In this document: piece after piece, positions 18,962 through 28,243 of the stretch
How the letters are laid out: every line of letters starts with the position of its first letter
Numbering within the stretch: position 1 is the first letter of the stretch
NCBI GenBank assembly: GCA_020347645.1
Contig: CP070736.1
Span: forward strand, 105,788-169,787
Direction of reading: 5' to 3'
Length of the DNA: 64,000 bases
From: Methanobacteriota archaeon
GTDB lineage: Archaea; Thermoplasmatota; Thermoplasmata; UBA10834
Program-made: the position numbers and the translations under genes
Notes under the pieces: model-generated
The model's input: only the letters and a program-made list of their open reading frames with translations
Database searches by the model: none
What the model was told of the DNA's origin: nothing

Positions 18962-20098
18962 ATGCCGGAAAAGGTTACGGTATCCCTGATCAAGGCGGAT
19001 GTCGGGTCAGTAGCTGGGCATTCAAAACCGCATCCAAAGATGATGGAAGTCGCTGAGGGCTCCTTGGCGAAAGGTGTAGCGGACGGTCTGCTGGTCGATT
19101 ACTATGTCACGCGCTGCGGCGACGATATGGAACTGCTGATGACGCATAGGAACGGCGAGAACAACAAGGAGGTACACGAACTGGCCTGGAACACGTTCAT
19201 GGCGTCGGCTTCTGAGGCCAAGAAGATGAGGCTCTATGCTGCAGGTCAGGATCTCCTTACCGACGCGTTCTCTGGCAACGTCAGAGGCCAGGGTCCAGGC
19301 GCCGCGGAAATGGAGTTTGTGGAACGGCCGACCGAGCCAATGCTGGTGCTGATGGCGGACAAGTGCGGACCATCCGCATATTCGCTCCCGATATCGAAGA
19401 TATTCATGGATCCGTTCACTACCACAGGCCTTGTCATAGATCCGCGAGCACACCAAGGATACGATATAGAGGTGGTGGATGTTGTCGACCACAAGAAGGT
19501 CGTGATGAGTTCTCCCGCGGAGATGTATGATATTCTCGCTCTGTTGGGCGACACCACAAGATTCGCAGTCAAGAGAGTGATGCACAGAGATATCGGTGTC
19601 GGCGCGGTGGTTTCAACCGAGAAGCTCAACATGCTGGCTGGCAAGTATGTCGGCAAGGACGACCCCGTGATGCTGGTCAGATGCCAGTCTGGTCTTCCCG
19701 CCGTCGGTGAGGTGCTGCAGCCTTTCGCCTTTCCCCAGCTGGTCGCAGGATGGATGCGTGGTTCACACTACGGCGCTTGGTATCCGTGCAGCGTAGACGA
19801 ATCGGATCCGTCTTATCACGATGGACCGCCGAGGATATGCGCCCTTGGCATTCAGATAAGCAATGGCAGGATTCAGGGTCTGGAGAATCCAGGTGGAAAG
19901 CCGGGTATCCACAAGCCGGTGGATTACTTCGCCGGGTCTGAATGGGACCATGTAAGGAACGAGGCGATGAAGATATCCATCTACATGCGCGGACATGGAC
20001 CTTTTATGCCGGGAATAGTGTCGCCAGACGACCTCGAGTACACTACGAGACCTGAGATACTGAAGAAGCTGGAACCCAGGATGGAATCGTTGGATTGA
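18962..20098 (+). CDS. fbp: Fructose-1,6-bisphosphate aldolase/phosphatase (bifunctional, archaeal type V FBPase)
   Basis: 378 aa. N-terminus 'VTVSLIKADVGSVAGHSKPHP' and overall length are diagnostic of the FBP aldolase/phosphatase family. Confidence 0.9.
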   Translation: MPEKVTVSLIKADVGSVAGHSKPHPKMMEVAEGSLAKGVADGLLVDYYVTRCGDDMELLMTHRNGENNKEVHELAWNTFMASASEAKKMRLYAAGQDLLTDAFSGNVRGQGPGAAEMEFVERPTEPMLVLMADKCGPSAYSLPISKIFMDPFTTTGLVIDPRAHQGYDIEVVDVVDHKKVVMSSPAEMYDILALLGDTTRFAVKRVMHRDIGVGAVVSTEKLNMLAGKYVGKDDPVMLVRCQSGLPAVGEVLQPFAFPQLVAGWMRGSHYGAWYPCSVDESDPSYHDGPPRICALGIQISNGRIQGLENPGGKPGIHKPVDYFAGSEWDHVRNEAMKISIYMRGHGPFMPGIVSPDDLEYTTRPEILKKLEPRMESLD

Positions 20099-20793
20099 GG
20101 TCGATTCCCTTGACAGTCCTCAAGAGACCTGTGATTGTAGTCAACTTCAAGACATACATCGAAGCAAGCGGGCCCAAGGCAATCGCGCTCGCAAAGACGT
20201 GCGAATCTGTAGCAGGAGATACTGGCGTTCCTATCGCGGTCGCTCCTCCAATGGCAGATCTTGCTTCTGTTGCGCAAGCGGTCAAAATACCCGTCCTCTC
20301 TCAACACATGGACGATGTGAAGCCGGGAAGCACCACGGGCCATATCCCGCTCGAGAGCGTGGTCGGGTGCGGAGCAGTGGGCACCCTCCTCAACCATTCG
20401 GAGAGGAGGATGCGAATAGCCGACATCGGTAGCCTTGTGGGTAGATGCAAGGAATCAGGATTGTCCACGATAATCTGCACGAACGACATAGGCGTTACGA
20501 GGGCCTGCGCTTCGCTCGAGCCCGACTTCGTGGCAATAGAGCCCCCAGAGCTGATCGGCGGGGACGTGTCCGTTACGACTGCTAACCCGGCGATAGTGAA
20601 GGATTCCGTTGATGTCGCGCGGAAGGTGTGCCCGAATGTGGGAGTTCTCTGCGGCGCGGGCGTTAAGAACGGAGTCGATGTGGCCAAGGCCGCTGAGCTG
20701 GGTACGGATGGCGTGCTGCTCGCGAGCGGCGTAGCCAAGGCAAGCGACCAGAGGAAGGTGCTGCTCGACCTCGCCTCGGGTCTCGGAAAGTAA
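20095..20793 (+). CDS. tpiA: Triosephosphate isomerase (archaeal short form)
   Basis: 232 aa, 'IVVNFKTY' N-terminus. TTG start overlapping the fbp stop (TTGA). Confidence 0.85.
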   Translation: MRSIPLTVLKRPVIVVNFKTYIEASGPKAIALAKTCESVAGDTGVPIAVAPPMADLASVAQAVKIPVLSQHMDDVKPGSTTGHIPLESVVGCGAVGTLLNHSERRMRIADIGSLVGRCKESGLSTIICTNDIGVTRACASLEPDFVAIEPPELIGGDVSVTTANPAIVKDSVDVARKVCPNVGVLCGAGVKNGVDVAKAAELGTDGVLLASGVAKASDQRKVLLDLASGLGK

Positions 20794-20849
20794 GGCGAAA
20801 GCTGCATGTAGTCACCCGCACTTTAGCGATTTGCCAAGCTGCCGTTGCG

Positions 20850-23000
20850 ATGACGCGTGCAGTATTATCATTTGCATCATCGACTCTTGCATCGTTTTTC
20901 GTTGCTAGCCTCGCACTAGCGGTCTCGACGTGGTCGGCGAATTCCCTTGTAGTTAGAGCGTTTGCCGAACCCATCTCGCCCTTGGTGCTCATCTCGGAGT
21001 TCTATGCGTGTGGAATGGCAGAGGACGAATACTTGGTCCTGAGCAGCAATTCAGATGAGGATATCGATCTGGCGAGATGGTCGATAACCGACGGCGAAGG
21101 CGCAGTCGTGTTCAGAAACAACACACTCCTTCGGTCCAAGGAGAAGGCCGTGATTTCGTTCAATTCCTCTTCGTATCAATCTGCGTTTGGGCGTCTTCCT
21201 GATTACTCAGTGGACGGGAGAAATCAGGTCAACCAGGTTGATGTTCTCGGATCTTTCCGGCTCGCAGATGATGGCGATTCAATCGCATTACTCGACGCTC
21301 ACGGCATCGAGGTGGATTGCGTTCTCTATGGAGATGGAGCGCACGCCTCCGAAGGCTGGACCGGTCCTGCGCTGGAAGGTCCGAGGCGGGGCGAAGTGCT
21401 GCGGCGAACACCCAATTCCACGGATACGGATACGGCCTTAGACTGGCACCATTTCCGCGAGTTCAAATACGGGTATTCTGAGCATCGCGCGATAACCTGC
21501 AGAGTCGGCGCAGGCAACCTGAGCGCGTTCGTCAGTCCAGACTGCTCCCTCGACGCCGTTGTGGAATGGGTCGCATCAGCCAAGGAATCGATAAGATTGT
21601 GCGCATACGAGTTCGATTCCTTGAGAATCTTCGAGACGTTGTCCGAGGCAGTCGGTCGCGGTGTCGAAGTCAATCTGCTGCTCGAAGGCAACCCAGTCGG
21701 AGGCATGTCCTGTGAAGAGTCATCGATGCTTTCCGCTCTGACTCTCGCCGGCGCTGAAGTAACTGTAGTCAAGGGCGACCTGCGTGAGGGGGTCGTAAAA
21801 CACATATCAGCACTGCATTCGAAGTTCGTCGTCCTTGACGACGACGGATTGATTGTGACTTCTGAAAATTTCGTCGAGGACGGGTTGCCATCGGACAAGG
21901 TCTTTGGAAATAGAGGATGGGGCATTGCCGTTCGGAGCACTGTGCTCGCGCAGTACATGGCTTCCGTATTCGATGATGATTCACGGCCAAGCCGTCCCGA
22001 CGCTGTCAGCTGGTGGGATGATGATCGCTTCAACGAGAGCTATGAACTGCCACCCACATCGTCTCATCAGCACGAAGAGGGAATGCTCGATTTGCTAGTC
22101 TCGTGCAACGAAGCGGAGGTAACACTATTCGTTTCCCCCGACTGCTCGCCAAATGCGCCGTTTCTCTGTGGGTTCTTGGATCTGGCGTCAGAGATATTGG
22201 TGCAGCAGTTGCAGGTGGATCTGCTCTGGGAAACGAGATGGTCCGACTATGAGGTGCTCAACCCTCTCCTGCAGCACCTGCTCGGGCGGCTGCGTGCAGG
22301 CTCATCGTGCAGGATGCTGCTCGATTCGTGCTGGTTCAACCTGGACAGGAACGGCGAGGTGGTTCGTACGTTGACAGCCGCAGCGACGGTCGAATCGCTG
22401 AGGGGGGCCTTCATGATGATGAACGAGCGGTCTCCAATATCTGTGATGCACAACAAAGGGGTGCTCTTAGACAACATGTGGTCCGTCGTGTCGAGCAACA
22501 ACTGGGTTCTTCCGTCCTTCGCCAAGAACCGCGAGCTCGCCGCAATCGTACGCTCATCTGAGGTAGCACATTACTTCAAGGGAGCTTTCGAGCTGGATTG
22601 GCTGCCGGACATATCGCCCCCTGTTTTGGTCGCCCCTGTCGACTTCAGCGTCTCCTGCGGCGAGTGGTTCGGCGTTTCGTCTTGCTGCTTCCACGATGAT
22701 AGGTTGATAGCAGGGCGTTCATGGGACGTTGGGTGTGACGGCGTTGTGGATGCCAGAACCGAAGAGATATCGCTCTTCGGAGGAGTTCCGGGGGCAGTAA
22801 AGATAGGGCTCACAGTCGTCGATTCGTGGGGCAACGAAGCCAGCACAGTCATTGTGGTGCGCGTTGTCGCCTCGCCGTCTCTCATCACGGAGAACCCGCC
22901 ACCTGCATCCCGTCCTGAAGGAGCTACGGTGATTGCAGCGGCCTTGGTCGGATATGCTGCGTTGAGATCTTTTCGCAATCGCACCAAGAAGAATCGCTAA
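20850..23000 (+). CDS. Secreted, C-terminally membrane-anchored phospholipase-D-superfamily protein (two HKD motifs) with N-terminal LTD-like domain
   Basis: Signal peptide 'LSFASSTLASFFVASLALAVSTWSA'. HKD motifs 'HSKFVVLDDDGLIVTSEN' and 'HNKGVLLDNMWSVVSSNN'. C-terminal TM 'ATVIAAALVGYAALRSF' plus basic tail 'RNRTKKNR'. N-terminal ~100 aa resemble a lamin-tail (LTD) beta domain. Confidence 0.65.
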   Translation: MTRAVLSFASSTLASFFVASLALAVSTWSANSLVVRAFAEPISPLVLISEFYACGMAEDEYLVLSSNSDEDIDLARWSITDGEGAVVFRNNTLLRSKEKAVISFNSSSYQSAFGRLPDYSVDGRNQVNQVDVLGSFRLADDGDSIALLDAHGIEVDCVLYGDGAHASEGWTGPALEGPRRGEVLRRTPNSTDTDTALDWHHFREFKYGYSEHRAITCRVGAGNLSAFVSPDCSLDAVVEWVASAKESIRLCAYEFDSLRIFETLSEAVGRGVEVNLLLEGNPVGGMSCEESSMLSALTLAGAEVTVVKGDLREGVVKHISALHSKFVVLDDDGLIVTSENFVEDGLPSDKVFGNRGWGIAVRSTVLAQYMASVFDDDSRPSRPDAVSWWDDDRFNESYELPPTSSHQHEEGMLDLLVSCNEAEVTLFVSPDCSPNAPFLCGFLDLASEILVQQLQVDLLWETRWSDYEVLNPLLQHLLGRLRAGSSCRMLLDSCWFNLDRNGEVVRTLTAAATVESLRGAFMMMNERSPISVMHNKGVLLDNMWSVVSSNNWVLPSFAKNRELAAIVRSSEVAHYFKGAFELDWLPDISPPVLVAPVDFSVSCGEWFGVSSCCFHDDRLIAGRSWDVGCDGVVDARTEEISLFGGVPGAVKIGLTVVDSWGNEASTVIVVRVVASPSLITENPPPASRPEGATVIAAALVGYAALRSFRNRTKKNR

Positions 23001-23042
23001 CCTAGGAAGGTTAATGACTCCGTTCATGATTCCATCAGGTCG

Positions 23043-23483
23043 ATGATCATACGTCAGTTCTCCCCGCCCGATCTACGTTCGGTCATGGAAATCGTGAAGA
23101 CGTCCCTGAGCGAGACATATCCTCCTTCCCTATATCTCACGCTCCATAACATCTGGGGGGATGGCTTCATGGTGGTGGAGGACGGTGGCAGGATCGTTGC
23201 ATTCGTCGCTGCGGTCGAGTCCGAGAGGCACATCGCCCGCGTGCTGATGCTCGCCGTGCTGCGAGAATACAGGGGCAGATCGCTCGGCTCCATGCTGATG
23301 AAGGAGCTCTATACAAGGTGTGTGTCCAACGGCATTCACACGGTAAAGCTCGAAGTGAGGAAGAGCAACAAAGTCGCAATGACGTTCTATGAAGGACAGG
23401 GGTTTTCAGTCACTGGTGAATTGAAGAATTTCTATATCGACGGAGAGGGCGCCTTCGTAATGACGAAAATTCTTGAAAGCTAG
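23043..23483 (+). CDS. GNAT-family N-acetyltransferase (RimI-like)
   Basis: 146 aa. Acetyl-CoA-binding 'REYRGRSLGSMLMKEL' (motif A Q/RxxGxG/A). Confidence 0.75.
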   Translation: MIIRQFSPPDLRSVMEIVKTSLSETYPPSLYLTLHNIWGDGFMVVEDGGRIVAFVAAVESERHIARVLMLAVLREYRGRSLGSMLMKELYTRCVSNGIHTVKLEVRKSNKVAMTFYEGQGFSVTGELKNFYIDGEGAFVMTKILES

Positions 23484-23493
23484 CTCTTGCGTC

Positions 23494-25020
23494 CTACCTG
23501 TATCCTGTTTTGTCATCGTGGACGTGAACGTTCCAATAATGGTATGGCGAGCTTTCCCTCTCGGAAGTAGTCATGTCCTTTGCAACACCACCCATGTAGC
23601 TGCCGTAACGCTCTCTTATCTGCTCCTCGACCGGACGTGCGCGTTTCAGTGCGTCTTTGATGTGTTTTCCCTCGATATACTTGGTCTCCTCGCAGATTGC
23701 TATGTCTCCCGCTGCCCGGATCAGTCCGCCGAGCTCCCGCAGCCTCAGGGTGAGAGACCTGTCGCTGTTGTCCATGATCTTCGCGCGCTTGCGAGCCTCT
23801 TCTACAATGATCTCTATGGCTTCTCTCGTCGCCGGCGGAATCTTGCCATCCATGGCTATCTCCTGCGCAGCGAATTGGGCGACCTTAGCCCGGTTCTCGT
23901 CGTTGTCAGGCATCACGGTCTCAACCAGAACCTCGTACCCTCCGCCGTTTATCCTCGAACGCAGAGGGGATAGTATGTGCTTCAGATCCTGTATGTTGCA
24001 TGCGCCTACGAAAATGAAGTCGCAGGGGACGTTCTCGACGCGCACGCTTGCTCCAGCGCTCTGAGGGTTGCGTCCGGTGATGGGGAAACGCTTCTCCTGC
24101 ATTCCCGTAAGTATGAACCTTTGAAGGTGTCCAAGATGGGGGAGCTCGTCTACGAAAAGTACTCCCTGGTGAGCGCTGTGAATCGCGCCTGCGACGACCC
24201 GGTCATAAGGTTGCGTGCCCAGCTGCGGATGCCCTCCGTACGGATCGTGCCTGACATCCCCGAGAAGTTCTGTCTCGCTGGCTCCGGTGGCAAGGATAAA
24301 CGGGTTGCGGTCGATGGGCACAATCACCTTCCGAGGAGACATCTTCTCGAGGTTCCTTCGGTTCTCCAGCGCTTGCTGGTCTAGCACCTTTATCATTTCG
24401 CCGGCGCGCTCGAAGACAACGACCTCTTCCTTGCCAAAGCGCTTCCTTGTGGTCGTCACCCTGTCCCTTCCAGCCATGTTGCCCATGGTGACCTCGACTA
24501 AGCCTCCTATGAGATCGCCGAAAGGGTTGTTCGTTGTTGGTTTTCCGTAAGATGCCTTCGAGTGCGAGCACTTGGAGCAGAAGGCCTCCCTGGGAGATGA
24601 GTACGAACCACAGTTCGAACAACGGTATCCAAGGCGTTCGGCTACGTTGACAGGGGCTTCCATAGGATCGATGAATTCGCCCTCAGCGAACCCCTTCGAC
24701 TCTGCCTCCTTCTCCACGTCATCGCCCTTCTTGACCTCCACCATCGGCCTCTCGGGGTTTTCTGGGTTGTGGACAACCCTGATCTCCTCCGTGGGACGGT
24801 GGAGGTGTAGCGATAGAGCCTGCGCTATCATCGATTTGCCGGTGCCTGGTGGACCTACGAGCAGAAAGTGTCTTCTCTGCCCCGCTGCTATCCTCGCAAG
24901 CCTTACCGCCTCGTCCTGTCCAATGACGCGGTCGAGCGGGTCGGAGGATATCTTGATGTCCTCCGTGGTCTCGAATGAGTCCAGCAATCTGGAGTCGGCC
25001 TCCGCTTCTTCTTCCTTCAT
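23494..25020 (-). CDS. LonB-like AAA+ ATPase without a recognizable S16 protease domain; contains a Zn-ribbon insertion
   Basis: 'VIGQDEAVRLARIAAGQRRHFLLVGPPGTGKSM' and 'GGHPQLGT...AGAIHSAHQGVLFVDE...LTGMQEKRFPITG...VPCDFIFVGACN' are LonB AAA+ signatures. The ORF ends at 508 aa with no GPSAG-type serine motif. Inserted 'CSNCGSYSSPREAFCSKCSHS'. Confidence 0.65.
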   Translation of the reverse strand: MKEEEAEADSRLLDSFETTEDIKISSDPLDRVIGQDEAVRLARIAAGQRRHFLLVGPPGTGKSMIAQALSLHLHRPTEEIRVVHNPENPERPMVEVKKGDDVEKEAESKGFAEGEFIDPMEAPVNVAERLGYRCSNCGSYSSPREAFCSKCSHSKASYGKPTTNNPFGDLIGGLVEVTMGNMAGRDRVTTTRKRFGKEEVVVFERAGEMIKVLDQQALENRRNLEKMSPRKVIVPIDRNPFILATGASETELLGDVRHDPYGGHPQLGTQPYDRVVAGAIHSAHQGVLFVDELPHLGHLQRFILTGMQEKRFPITGRNPQSAGASVRVENVPCDFIFVGACNIQDLKHILSPLRSRINGGGYEVLVETVMPDNDENRAKVAQFAAQEIAMDGKIPPATREAIEIIVEEARKRAKIMDNSDRSLTLRLRELGGLIRAAGDIAICEETKYIEGKHIKDALKRARPVEEQIRERYGSYMGGVAKDMTTSERESSPYHYWNVHVHDDKTGYR

Positions 25021-25033
25021 GTCGCCCCACGAT

Positions 25034-26281
25034 TCAGGTAAGGTCTTCCTTGGTCAGCACGGTAACGCTTGTCGGAAGTTTGGCTACGTTGCCCATCTTG
25101 ACGCCCACTACCGTGCTGATATCCTTTTCTACGGCCAGGTCGAGGACTCTCTGCGTTATGATTCCGTCGAGCACAAGAGACTTCACTCGCTTGGATTCCT
25201 CCTTGAGGGTTTCCGCCAGCTTTGCCACTTGGACTTCCTTGAACGGTTTTCCTCCTTCGTCCAGCAACCTTGCCTTCGAGGTGGTGTTCAATTCAGACAG
25301 GACGCCCTTAAGCTGTGACTGCTCGATTGACAGCTTCTTGCCGGTGTCCCCGAAGCTGTCCTTTCCTCGGGTGTCCCGCCTCCTGCCACGGTCTCCATGG
25401 TGACTTCTGTTCTTGTCGTTTTTTGCACCATTTCTGTAGTTGCCTGGTGTGAGGTTGAACATTTCTGCAAATTGGTCCGCAGGTATCTTGTTCCTGAGGC
25501 ACTTGACAATCTGCTTCTGCGTCAGCTCCTCCACTTCCTGGCTCGAAGGTGCCTTGGCGATGAAGTCAATCTCGCTAACCTGCATAAGCTCTCTAACGAT
25601 TAGCTCGCCGCCTCTGTCACCATCGACGAAGGCGGTCACTACCTTCTCCTTTGCGAGGTCAATGATCGTCCTGGGGATATTCGTTCCCTCCACAGCTATG
25701 GCGTTCTTTATGCCGTATTTCAGAAGGTTCAACACGTCCGACCGTCCCTCGACGACTATGATCGCATCCGATTCACCTATGTTGGGTCCCGCAGGAAGTC
25801 GCTCCCTTCCGTAGTGTACGACTTCCTCCATCTGGAATGTCTGGCGAACGGAATCCGTGAGGTCGCCTCCGCTGGTCTTCGAGGTCTTCATCAGCTCTGT
25901 CAGGAGCTGTTTCGCCCGTTCGACGATCTTGTTGCGTTTCGCCACCCTAACATCCTCCACCTTGTCGATGGATATCTTCGCTTTGCAGGGTCCGACCCTG
26001 TCGATGGTTTCCAAAGACGATGCGAGTATGGCTGTCTCCACCTGGTCCAGGCTAGAAGGAACGAATATGGTTCCCTCGGACTTGCCCTTGTTGGAGGAGA
26101 CTTCCACCTCGATTCTGCCTATTCTTCCGCTCTTCTGCAGGTCTCTGAGGTCAAGCTCCTCACCGAGCAACCCCTCAGTCTGACCGAAAATTGCCCCGAC
26201 GATGTCGGGTTTCTCGACAATCCCGTCAGTCGATAGTTTCGCCTGAATCAGGTATTTCGTTGTGCTTGGATCTATGTCCAT
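25034..26281 (-). CDS. dnaG: Archaeal DNA primase DnaG (TOPRIM; exosome-associated)
   Basis: 'LIQAKLSTDGIVEKPDIVGAIFGQTEGLLG' N-terminus typical of archaeal DnaG. TOPRIM 'VVEGRSDVLNL' and 'DGDRGGELI'. Confidence 0.85.
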   Translation of the reverse strand: MDIDPSTTKYLIQAKLSTDGIVEKPDIVGAIFGQTEGLLGEELDLRDLQKSGRIGRIEVEVSSNKGKSEGTIFVPSSLDQVETAILASSLETIDRVGPCKAKISIDKVEDVRVAKRNKIVERAKQLLTELMKTSKTSGGDLTDSVRQTFQMEEVVHYGRERLPAGPNIGESDAIIVVEGRSDVLNLLKYGIKNAIAVEGTNIPRTIIDLAKEKVVTAFVDGDRGGELIVRELMQVSEIDFIAKAPSSQEVEELTQKQIVKCLRNKIPADQFAEMFNLTPGNYRNGAKNDKNRSHHGDRGRRRDTRGKDSFGDTGKKLSIEQSQLKGVLSELNTTSKARLLDEGGKPFKEVQVAKLAETLKEESKRVKSLVLDGIITQRVLDLAVEKDISTVVGVKMGNVAKLPTSVTVLTKEDLT

Positions 26282-26560
26282 ATGTTTCGCCTCTTCAGCG
26301 AAGAACTGCTTCAACTTGCCTTACCGCTTATCAGCTCAGGCTGATTCATTTCAGCTTTTATTGCGAAATTGAGTTTGACAAACGTCCTGCGGGCCTTCGT
26401 CGGTAATATCCAGCTGTTCCGGTCCCGCTGATGACATTGATCGTGATTTCGGCAATGTGAGGCTAAGCGCCGTTCTTCGGATACTACTAACACGCCCTCT
26501 GATAAATAGTTTTGCATCTATCCAATAATAATTAGGTCAGACGCGCCAGCACATTCCGTC

Positions 26561-26770
26561 CTATCCCCCCGACACAACCGATATCAGCTTGACCTCGTCG
26601 CCATCTTCGAGCTTTCGGTCTGTTGGCACAGGCTCGCCCTCGCGAGTCGCTATCCAGCTGTCGGGAAGCAGTCCGAGGGTTCTGATAAGCGCATCCACGG
26701 TCGCGCCATTCTCCAATTCGATGGTTCTGGTTTCCCTTTTGACGGAGTGCAGGTGAACGGTCACTATCAT
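26561..26770 (-). CDS. MoaD/ThiS-like ubiquitin-like small protein (SAMP-type, C-terminal GG)
   Basis: 69 aa from the internal ATG 'MIVTVHL...KLISVVSGG'. Beta-grasp size and diglycine C-terminus. Confidence 0.65.
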   Translation of the reverse strand: MIVTVHLHSVKRETRTIELENGATVDALIRTLGLLPDSWIATREGEPVPTDRKLEDGDEVKLISVVSGG

Positions 26771-26917
26771 GCCTATCACCTCTTGATGTATGCACAGCGA
26801 GCTAAAACGCCTTTCTGCCGACTCGGGATGCCATAACCCTTCAAATCGTGTCAAGTAGATGTCCTGATTGAAAACGACATATACTTGACCGATGATGCAT
26901 GGGCGTCGTTCAGGGAT

Positions 26918-27007
26918 GCCGAGGTAGCTAAGCCCGGTTTAAGGCGGTAGCCTCGAGAGCTACTGGTGCTCGTCACCACGGGAGTTCGAATCTCCCCCTC
27001 GGCGCCA
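26918..27007 (+). tRNA. tRNA-Ser (anticodon CGA), class II with long variable arm; CCA encoded
   Basis: Acceptor stem GCCGAGG/CCTCGGC. T-arm GGGAG-TTCGAAT-CTCCC. Anticodon stem GTAGC/GCTAC with loop CTCGAGA. 16-nt variable arm with GGTG/CACC stem. Discriminator G. Confidence 0.85.
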
Positions 27008-27048
27008 CTGCTGCATGCCCGGCGCGCGCTTTGTGGAGCGGATGACGC

Positions 27049-28209
27049 TTGGATAGATACAGGGAGGTCGTGGTCTACATCGCAGGTTTCACGGGCCCTC
27101 TAGCGGGCAACATGGTGCTCGCACTTCTGGGCACATTGGGCTCTGAATGGAATGTAGAGTCGGTGGATGTTCTGCTCTCCATTCCTGCCTTCATGTTTCC
27201 ATTCGCCTTGGTGCAATTAGTTTCGGGAGCGATCTCGAATGCCTATGATCGCCGTTCCACAGTCTTGCTGGGGCTGTCGGTCTACGCCATTGGCACAGTG
27301 CTGGCGTCAGCGTCTGGTTCGCTGGAGTTTTTCATAGGGGCACGCGTCGTTCAAGGCTTGGGCTACGCATTCGTCAATCCCATACTGGTTGCGATGCTAT
27401 CTGATATCGCAGGACCCAATAGGCAGGGACAGGTTATGGGGTATTTCGGAAGTTCCACGACGGCGGGTGTATCCGTCGGCCCGCTTCTGGGTGGCGCCTT
27501 CGCTGACATCAACTGGAGGTTCGCGTTCCTGACGGTCACTGCCTTGAGCATAGCCATGATTGCTCTGGTCTGGTTCCTCTTCAGAGGCGAGAGGCGCGGA
27601 GACAGGAGACTCTCTCTTTCCGCGGTGTTTTCGGACATCTCGGGTGCGGTGAGACACCGGAGGATATCCCGCCTCTCCGCATCGGGGTTCCTTGCGTTCA
27701 TGGCGTTCGCCGGCGTGATTTCATTCGTAGCCGAGTACATGGAAACGGGACCTCTCGCCTTGGGTCCCGAAGAGGTAGGGATCGCCCTGTCCGTATCTGG
27801 CTTCGTTGGCATCTTCGTAGCACCTCTCGCTGGTAGATTGGTGGACAGAAGAGGCGCCATATGCTGTGTCACGGTCGGCTTTCTTACAAGCGCCATCGGC
27901 GCATTCGCACTTTCTTTCGCGGACGAATATCTGCACTTCCTGGTGCTCCTCCTGATAACTGGCTCAGGAGGCGCGTTCATCTGGGCCTCTCTCCTCACGA
28001 TGGTCGTTGCTGTCCCTCCATCAATGAAGAACACATCCTCATCGGTCTTCAACAGCTCAAGGTTTCTTGGGTACGCGATTTCTCCGCTCGTGTTCGCGCC
28101 AATCTACCTGGCAACGGGTTTCGACCAGCTGATGATTCTGTGTGCTAGCATCGGACTCGTAGCCCTATTGCTCGTGTTCCTTTCCAGGGACGGACCAAAG
28201 GAGGAGTAG
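27049..28209 (+). CDS. MFS-family transporter
   Basis: 386 aa, 10-12 TM helices. MFS motif 'GRLVDRRG' between TM2 and TM3 of the second half. Confidence 0.75.
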   Translation: MDRYREVVVYIAGFTGPLAGNMVLALLGTLGSEWNVESVDVLLSIPAFMFPFALVQLVSGAISNAYDRRSTVLLGLSVYAIGTVLASASGSLEFFIGARVVQGLGYAFVNPILVAMLSDIAGPNRQGQVMGYFGSSTTAGVSVGPLLGGAFADINWRFAFLTVTALSIAMIALVWFLFRGERRGDRRLSLSAVFSDISGAVRHRRISRLSASGFLAFMAFAGVISFVAEYMETGPLALGPEEVGIALSVSGFVGIFVAPLAGRLVDRRGAICCVTVGFLTSAIGAFALSFADEYLHFLVLLLITGSGGAFIWASLLTMVVAVPPSMKNTSSSVFNSSRFLGYAISPLVFAPIYLATGFDQLMILCASIGLVALLLVFLSRDGPKEE

Positions 28210-28243
28210 TGTTAACTACGCGCGTTCCCATTCCGCCTCGCCT

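Noticed and set aside
23054-23293. Possibility that the missing Lon protease domain lies in a shifted frame downstream of the LonB-like gene.
   Set aside because: The only minus-strand ORF there (79 aa) has no S16-like sequence and overlaps the convergent GNAT gene. No GPSAG/KDGPSAG-type motif seen in the listed frames.
26429-26502. cTGATGA ... CTGA in the dnaG-SAMP intergenic region as a C/D-box sRNA.
   Set aside because: Box spacing is non-canonical (no CTGA 10-12 nt after the C box; ~64 nt between C and D with only a GTGA-like C'). More likely promoter or UTR sequence.
26918-27007. 90-nt tRNA initially suspected to carry an archaeal intron.
   Set aside because: Folding shows a standard class II tRNA-Ser with a 16-nt variable arm (GGTG/CACC stem). 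No intron is needed.
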